From the NCBI GenBank assembly GCA_036881905.1, contig JBAJNN010000003.1:27448-91447 (forward strand): DNA of 64,000 nucleotides, given 5' to 3'. Below are positions 60,433 through 64,000 of the stretch, one piece after another. Both the position numbers and the translations under genes were made by a program. The stretch's first letter is position 1. Every line of letters starts with the position of its first letter. The DNA comes from Hyphomicrobiales bacterium (GTDB taxonomy: Bacteria > Pseudomonadota > Alphaproteobacteria > Rhizobiales > Im1). The notes beneath the pieces were generated by a model. It saw only the letters and a program-made list of their open reading frames with translations. It ran no database searches and had not been told where the DNA came from.

Positions 60433-61641
60433 ATGGCCACAAAAACCACCAAATCGCGCATGCGGGAAACGGACAAAACCAGCCGGTATCCGGCCCTGTG
60501 CATCATTGGTGACGGTAACGCCCGTTTATGGGGGCGAATGCTCGGCGAGCGCCTTAAAAAACAATTCTCCGAAGCCGGTGTCGGGCGGTTCATCGTCGTT
60601 AGCCAGGCGGCGTATGAGGACGGGACCGTCATTTTCGTGCGTGGCGACGCGATCATCGACCAGCCTCTGATTGCAGTTCTGGTCAGGGAAAAGGGACTGG
60701 TGCTTACCGGCGAGGGCACCGGTGGGACCATTGCGCTTGCCGCGCATGTCACCCCTGAACAGGGTGGCCGGATCCGCGCCTTGCTGACAAGAGGGGGAAT
60801 GCCGGACACCGACCTCGATCTGACGGCGCGCGGCCCGGGTGAACTCGGAGCAAATTTCCGGAAATCATTGCGCAAACGCGAAATGCCCTACGCCATGACA
60901 GTAAGTAGCGCGGATCGTGCCACCATTGAGTGGCGCATGTTTATGGGGACTTATAAAGGCGCGACCGATTTCGTCACCAAATATATCTGGCCATGGCCAG
61001 CCTTCATGGTGACGCGGTGGTTGGCGACGCGTCGGGTGACGCCGAATATGGTCACTACAGTGGGTGCAATCCTGATGGTTGCTGCTTTTTTCCTGTTTCT
61101 TAAGGGCGTGTGGGCGGAAGGTCTGACTTGCGCCTGGGCAATGACGTTCCTTGACACGGTCGATGGCAAATTGGCGCGGGTGACTCTCACCTCCAGCAAG
61201 TGGGGCGATATTTTCGACCATGGCATCGACCTTATCCATCCGCCTTTCTGGTATATGGCCTGGGGGTTTGGGCTTGAGCACGGCGGTTTTATACTGCCTT
61301 CGGGGGCTATGGTCTGGCTGTTGGTGGTCATTTTTGCCGGTTACATACTTCAACGTCTGATGGAAGGTGTAGCCATCAAGGTGTTACGCCTTAACATCCA
61401 TATCTGGCGCCGCATCGATTCCATGTTTCGACAGGTCACGGCGCGGCGCAACCCCAATCTCGTTCTTCTGACCGTCAGCGCACTGGTCGCCCGACCGGAT
61501 TGGGGGGTTGAGGCCGTTGCCCTATGGACGGGACTGTGTCTGATTTTGCATGGCCTCCAACTCATTCAGGCCCTGGGGGAGAAAAGGCGTAAAGGCGCGT
61601 TGTCTTCATGGCTGGACCAAGCAACCTCCTCGCGCTCATGA
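60433..61641 (+). CDS. CDP-alcohol phosphatidyltransferase-family membrane protein with a ~170-aa N-terminal cytoplasmic, nucleotidyltransferase-like extension
   Basis: The CDP-OH-P motif is D-TV-DG-KL-AR-VTLTSSKW-G-DIF-D-HGI-D (FLDTVDGKLARVTLTSSKWGDIFDHGID). The N-terminal ...ALCIIGDGNARLWG... resembles a degenerate GxGxRL NTP-transferase loop. Confidence 0.7.
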   Translation: MATKTTKSRMRETDKTSRYPALCIIGDGNARLWGRMLGERLKKQFSEAGVGRFIVVSQAAYEDGTVIFVRGDAIIDQPLIAVLVREKGLVLTGEGTGGTIALAAHVTPEQGGRIRALLTRGGMPDTDLDLTARGPGELGANFRKSLRKREMPYAMTVSSADRATIEWRMFMGTYKGATDFVTKYIWPWPAFMVTRWLATRRVTPNMVTTVGAILMVAAFFLFLKGVWAEGLTCAWAMTFLDTVDGKLARVTLTSSKWGDIFDHGIDLIHPPFWYMAWGFGLEHGGFILPSGAMVWLLVVIFAGYILQRLMEGVAIKVLRLNIHIWRRIDSMFRQVTARRNPNLVLLTVSALVARPDWGVEAVALWTGLCLILHGLQLIQALGEKRRKGALSSWLDQATSSRS

Positions 61642-62621
61642 CAACCGGCCTCATCATCAACCCGGCCGCGGGCGGTAAAAACCTCAAAGGTCTGAAACTA
61701 GCCCGGCTCGTGGCTGGAAAAGCGGATGTAAAACTTGCCATTCTGGACGATTTCGCCGGTTTGTCGCGAATCCTTGAAGAGTTTGCCGGAGCAGAAGTTA
61801 AGACGCTGTTCATCAGCGCCGGCGACGGCACCGCGCAGGCGATTCAAACGCTGATCGCAGAGGAAAAACCATTCGAAACACAGCCTCCCCGGCTCGCGCT
61901 TTTGTCCCATGGCACCACCAATATGACGGCGGCGGAGCTCGGCTTCCAATATCGTTCTCTGCAGAGAATTGCCGATATGATCACTCATCCGGCATGCCTG
62001 CGCCACGCCACGGCGATCAAGAGACGGGCGACATTGCGCATCGTCAATCCCCGCAATACCCCCCCCCAACATGGCATGTTTCTCGGCGCGGGCGCCTTAT
62101 GGCGCGGCGCGGTTGCGTGCCAGAAACTGACCGGCGGGACACCGATCGACGGCCGGTTTTCCGCCCCGGCCTTGATCCTTGCCAAAGCCCTTGTTGGAGT
62201 GCTTTTCTTCAAACCGACCACATCCGGTGGCGGGACTCGTATCGATTTCCCATGCCCCATGACCATCGCCATCGACAAAACACCGTGGGTTGACGGCGAC
62301 CAGTTACTGTTTCTGGCCACCACGCTCAACAGGCTGGTGCTGAGAGCAAGGCCGTTCTGGGGGGGCGAGAGGGCCAAGCCGGGGGCAATCCGGGCCACGG
62401 CGATCGCCTCTCCGCCACCGGCGATTGCTCGCCATGCCCTATCCGTCCTGTATGGCGGCGAGGAGCGCGGTTTGCCCGATGGCTATTTCAGCATGCGAGC
62501 ACAGCACATATCGCTTGAGCAGAACGACCCTTTCATTGTCGATGGGCAGTATTTTGAAGCCCCTCATGATGGCCCTCTGATCATCGAACAGGGCTATGAG
62601 TTCGAGTATCTGTGCGGGTAA
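61638..62621 (+). CDS. Diacylglycerol-kinase-catalytic-domain (DAGK/YegS/NAD-kinase-like) lipid kinase family protein
   Basis: ...GLIINPAAGGKNLKG... and ...LFISAGDGTAQAI... (GDGT). The ATG at 61638 overlaps the upstream stop (ATGA, 61638-61641). Confidence 0.6.
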   Translation: MTTGLIINPAAGGKNLKGLKLARLVAGKADVKLAILDDFAGLSRILEEFAGAEVKTLFISAGDGTAQAIQTLIAEEKPFETQPPRLALLSHGTTNMTAAELGFQYRSLQRIADMITHPACLRHATAIKRRATLRIVNPRNTPPQHGMFLGAGALWRGAVACQKLTGGTPIDGRFSAPALILAKALVGVLFFKPTTSGGGTRIDFPCPMTIAIDKTPWVDGDQLLFLATTLNRLVLRARPFWGGERAKPGAIRATAIASPPPAIARHALSVLYGGEERGLPDGYFSMRAQHISLEQNDPFIVDGQYFEAPHDGPLIIEQGYEFEYLCG

Positions 62622-63005
62622 AACACATCAGGTTGTTTCAGCTATTATGTTCCTGTTAACGGCATTGCTATTGGATCATTATGGCGCAACGAAAATTTTA
62701 GCTTGACAAGTAGCTCAGGAGCAGAATACGATTACCCCAATTATAAGAAGATAGTTTGTAGGCCATGGGAGAATTTCGGCGTTCACCGGCTCGTGCGTAT
62801 GGTGAAAAACGGCTAAGAGCATAAGGAAGATGATCAAATGGAAAAACGCCATCGGTTCAAGCGTTACGGCTTTGTCAAAGTGCAGGACATACTTCCGCGC
62901 TGTGCCCGAAACCTAAGTGTCAACAAGCCTTAATTCGGGGACGCCCTTTGGGAAAAATGTTGCATACAGCCCTTGCACTCCCTGACTGAAATCGATGACA
63001 ATCCA

Positions 63006-64000
63006 ATGGATAATGATTTTATAAACTCTGCAACTCGCCTTCTTGTTCGGGATTTCGACAATCTCATCCGTAGCCGTCAAGATTTTTTCGAAAGCCGTGT
63101 TGTGGTGGACAGCTTCGCCGCGTTTCGCCGAACCTGCGCCACAATGCCGTCGATTGTCGGCTATGTTGATGGGAGAATCAAAAACGCCCCGGCGGACAGG
63201 ATCGCGTTTTCGCCAGAACAGTTGGAACTCATGATGCTGGGGATGATCGCACGCTCGTCTTCGACCTATGGCACGATCCCCGGCGTTGTTGCCCATCTCG
63301 CTCTCGTTGGTGAGCATGCGGATGCGGCGATCCTCAACGAGAACGCAAAGAACGAGACCGGCGACAGAATACACACACCTCACTCGACTCTGCTCTATGA
63401 TTGCTTCGCCGTGATCGGGGAGGCCTTGCACATCCCGGTTCTTACCCCAGCGCGTTATCACATCATGCGCCTGATTCTGCTCGGACGGCGGCGGACCGCA
63501 ACCAACCTCACCGGCGTCGATGCTATCCAAATCTATCTCGATAACGCCGATCTGCATGCCCCGAATTATGATCGAAATGATATTCACATTGCGCTTCACT
63601 ACGCAAACAAGTATGGTCCTGAGTTGATTAAGCTTCATTCTGTGGTGATAAAGGCAGAGACGCGTCTCGACGAGCGTGGCGATACTGTCGCCGAACGAAA
63701 TCCATATGATCGCGGTTGGCTCGCGATTCGTTGTCTCGAACTGGCGATGCGGGAGGCCAGTTCGGTCGATGAGCACGAGACGAATCGTCTTTCCTTCATT
63801 GGTGCATGGGGTCAAGTGGTCGAACATTTGGCGCCGAAACTATCGTCTTGCCAGCTTGAACGTGCGCGTGCCTGGACCGAGGCACACAACGATGAGGAGG
63901 CCGGTCAGGCGGTGGGTTGGGAAGGCGCGGCGGAAGAAGGCCATGCGGAGGATGCCCGGGACCAGGCGTTGAAGGTGATGACCAAGCTTTTACCGGAGAC
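63006..64000 (+). CDS. Heme-oxygenase-like fold, 'iron-containing redox enzyme' (HDO-type) family protein, partial (3' end outside the window)
   Basis: I translated this by hand; it is absent from the ORF track because no stop occurs before the window end. MDNDFINSATRLLVRDFDNL...HLALVGEHADAAILNENAKNETGDRIHTPHSTLLYDCFAVIGEAL... carries an E...E-x(n)-H..L pattern typical of the CADD/PqqC/HDO fold. The listed minus-strand ORF 62913..63827 is its shadow. Confidence 0.45.
   Translation, partial: MDNDFINSATRLLVRDFDNLIRSRQDFFESRVVVDSFAAFRRTCATMPSIVGYVDGRIKNAPADRIAFSPEQLELMMLGMIARSSSTYGTIPGVVAHLALVGEHADAAILNENAKNETGDRIHTPHSTLLYDCFAVIGEALHIPVLTPARYHIMRLILLGRRRTATNLTGVDAIQIYLDNADLHAPNYDRNDIHIALHYANKYGPELIKLHSVVIKAETRLDERGDTVAERNPYDRGWLAIRCLELAMREASSVDEHETNRLSFIGAWGQVVEHLAPKLSSCQLERARAWTEAHNDEEAGQAVGWEGAAEEGHAEDARDQALKVMTKLLPE

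Noticed and set aside
62709-62735. A tRNA-like fragment (GTAGCTCAGGAGCAGA), which could be an attachment-site remnant.
   Set aside because: Only the ~9-nt GTAGCTCAG D-loop-like string matches. There is no GAGC closing the D arm, no T-loop and no acceptor pairing, so this is probably chance.
62913-63827. A 304-aa minus-strand ORF listed in the track.
   Set aside because: The protein is rich in R/C/H with no recognisable motifs. The opposite strand carries a stop-free frame with a credible enzyme-family signature running to the window end, so this is a shadow ORF.
1-64000. CRISPR arrays, transposases, integrases, phage genes, toxin-antitoxin pairs and known defence systems.
   Set aside because: No regularly spaced direct repeats and no ORFs with DDE, tyrosine-recombinase, Cas or typical defence-domain motifs were recognised by eye. 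The only repeat family is the four dispersed ~110-bp palindromic elements.

Overview
This window looks like a chromosomal segment from a GC-rich alphaproteobacterium (Hyphomicrobiales/Rhizobiales-like). That placement is inferred from gene order and protein families; no database was searched.

The conserved backbone is:
- tRNA-Trp, secE, nusG, rplKAJL and rpoBC (9.8-22.4 kb)
- thyA, mutL, coaA, a response regulator coupled to holA, maeB, a Bcr-type MFS pump, leuA and a TAXI-TRAP transporter
- pcm, nlpD, yajC, secDF, rpmB, tenA, a Fur/Zur-like regulator and lptFG

Accessory and unusual content:
1. A tightly packed five-gene minus-strand operon (9532 to 5299). It encodes an unrecognisable 158-aa acidic protein, a 2OG-Fe(II) oxygenase, an HprK-like P-loop kinase, a nitroreductase/SagB-like protein and a MOP/Wzx-type exporter. 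It is driven by a perfect consensus TTGACA-N17-TATAAT promoter and an AAGGAGG Shine-Dalgarno. This is my best candidate for an undescribed peptide/protein-modification system.
2. An HExxH / CMD-family / frameshifted-MFS module cut by the left edge, followed by dgcN-dgcA-dat D-amino-acid genes.
3. A translationally coupled operon of a YqcI/YcgG-family protein, a cupin, an ATP-grasp ligase and an MFS pump (52567 to 49045). It looks like an orphan amino-acid-derived small-molecule pathway.
4. Four copies of a ~110-bp bipartite palindromic intergenic repeat. One copy supplies the holA C-terminus and the maeB stop codon.
5. A multiply frameshifted yhhQ-like pseudogene coupled to rpmB.
6. A fused nucleotidyltransferase-like/CDP-alcohol phosphatidyltransferase gene coupled to a DAG-kinase-like gene.
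7. A heme-oxygenase-like (HDO-type) ORF running off the right edge. The ORF track misses it because it has no stop inside the window.

No CRISPR array, transposase or integrase was seen. All family assignments come from reading motifs by eye.
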